DNA of 64,000 bases, from contig CAIIXF020000001.1 of assembly GCA_903813345.2 (NCBI GenBank), positions 31,496,001 to 31,560,000 on the forward strand. The letters run 5' to 3'. Below are positions 62,314 through 64,000 of this stretch, one piece after another (the first letter of the stretch is position 1; each line of letters begins with the position of its first letter). The notes beneath the pieces were generated by a model, which was not told where the DNA came from, searched no databases, and saw nothing but the letters and a program-made list of their open reading frames with translations. The stretch comes from Owenia fusiformis (lineage: Eukaryota). The translations under genes and the position numbers were made by a program.

Positions 62314-63127
62314 GTGAGATTAATTGCCTGTGGCATATGAAATAATTCCAATAATACTACTCATTCTAATGTCTAATGTTTTCATTGGTTGAGGTGCATC
62401 CTAAATCTACAATATCTAATATTCATGAGCTTCTAATATATTGTCTTATGTCATATTAATTCTAAGGAGTAAACATCATACAACAAGCATGTGAAGGTGG
62501 AATCATTAATTGGAATATATGCTAATATTAAGCTGAATACAAAATGGCTTCAGTGCTGCAAAGGTACAATAATGCTAACATGCAACTAATTTCAGTGATC
62601 TTTTGAGAATCCGGTATTATACTTAATTGCCATTGTAAGAGAATGCGAACATTGTGAGATGTGTTTGACATAAGTAATACTTAAGATATAAGAACAAAGA
62701 TTCTATGATTATGGACCCGATGTATGTACCATTAGAGGCATTATACTTTTTTTATACCATATCAGCAAACAAAAAAAGTCATGTATGTTATAAATCAAAG
62801 AATCAAGGTCCTTGTTACAATTCTAATGCAGATGATTAATAGACAACAACAACAATAAACATTCAAAATCTAAATCCATTGTTCATAATGTTCATGGTGC
62901 TGTGATGTTACATAGATATTGTAGTGTAATGTATAATATAAATAATACTTCACACTTTGCATTACAGAGCCAATCCATTATTTTTTGTTGTAGCATTTTC
63001 CATGTATTAAGTGTAAACCAAGGAGGAAAGATCTTTTTAAATATTCCTTCTAGAATCAAATATAGAAAGCACAATCAATTCAATTGAGCAAATAATATAA
63101 TACTAGCATATAGTATAATACTATATA

Positions 63128-63650
63128 TTATTCCATGATGGTGAAATTCCCTGCAATCTGATTGGTCCATGCGACTTAAAATATATATATTGTATTTACA
63201 CGCACTTTCCACTTAGCGTTGGATACAGAGTGAAAATGACTTCAGCATTTGGATACGGTCCAGTATCCTAATGCCCCAGAAATCAATTTGAAGCATGCAC
63301 ATTGTTTTCATGAAGTAGTAAAAATCCAATATGGCAGACGAACGTCGAAAAAACGTTTCGCTACACTACACTTTGAGCTGATGAAATTGAAGAGAAAAGA
63401 CAAAAAATTAAACGTACCTTATAATACAATAAAAGCAAACAACAATGAGTAGGTTCATCTGTTTTTCCAGTCAAGCCAAGGAAATGGACTTGATTTTTGG
63501 GGAGTTTTATCTGAGTAATCATGGAATAAAAAGGTTATTTAATAACTTCTCGTGAAATACAGAAAATATTCTCTGCTAGCTCATTGTGAAATACAGACCT
63601 TCTCAGGCAGAATGTTTTCTGAATTTCACTCAAATCATTGAATAACTTAT
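63128..63650. mobile_element. Putative non-autonomous DNA element with two adjacent inverted-repeat pairs (Crypton-like layout)
   Basis: TTATTCCATGA (63128) / TCATGGAATAA (63519-63529), then a ~40-bp imperfect inverted pair within about 63535-63646. Confidence 0.35.
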
Positions 63651-64000
63651 AGTACCACCCTCTTGTTGAACACTAGTTACATTTCTGTGTGATGAGGCCA
63701 TATTTTTTTTAAGTGCAAATCAATATTGCCTACTGATATGGATAAATGTCATTGGCTCGGTAACCCAGGGTGGGTATAAACATGTAGTTATTACTAAATC
63801 ACAGTAAAGCGAATGTTCAATAATTGAAATAAGCTAAAGCTTTATGTTACAGGGAATTCATTAATGGTGTATTAACAATAGGCATGCCAATACATAAAAT
63901 ATCTGTTGAAGATTATGTCCAAATGGTGACAGTTGTGGAAAGACTTTATTAGCTCCCTTCCCCTTTTATTATTTATCAAAATTTTATTGTTCCACTGAAT

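Noticed and set aside
63853..63864. acag|GGA as a further collagen exon
   Set aside because: Reads GGA ATT CAT TAA; no Gly-X-Y continuation.

Overview
AT-rich, intron-containing animal DNA, most likely a marine invertebrate (the taxon cannot be fixed from the sequence). It is broken by four 500-N scaffold gaps. Left half (1-36 kb): five + strand exons of a VWD-C8 (mucin/zonadhesin-like) gene, surrounded by three copies of one Ty3/Gypsy LTR family. That family has ~910-930-bp LTRs, a tRNA-Leu-type PBS, a ~2.9-kb leader with two tandem arrays and a single gag-pol ORF ending in a canonical chromodomain. One copy has an intact 1746-aa ORF, one has a single nonsense codon, and one runs off the window. 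A second, Pol-less LTR element lies at 28799-35870 (- strand). Its Gag is preceded in frame by ~35 57-nt units, each able to fold into a conserved bulged hairpin. Its Gag stop carries a G-GGA-AAC slippery site plus an H-type pseudoknot, leading into a non-Pol frame. Right half (41-62 kb): at least 23 + strand exons of a FACIT-type collagen with a COL9A1-like TSPN/NC4 domain, a GC-AG intron, a basic RTKR exon and a candidate 6-nt microexon. MITEs and Helentron/pearl-like tandem-repeat elements fill introns and intergenic DNA. All calls come from manual reading and recalled family motifs; no database search was run.
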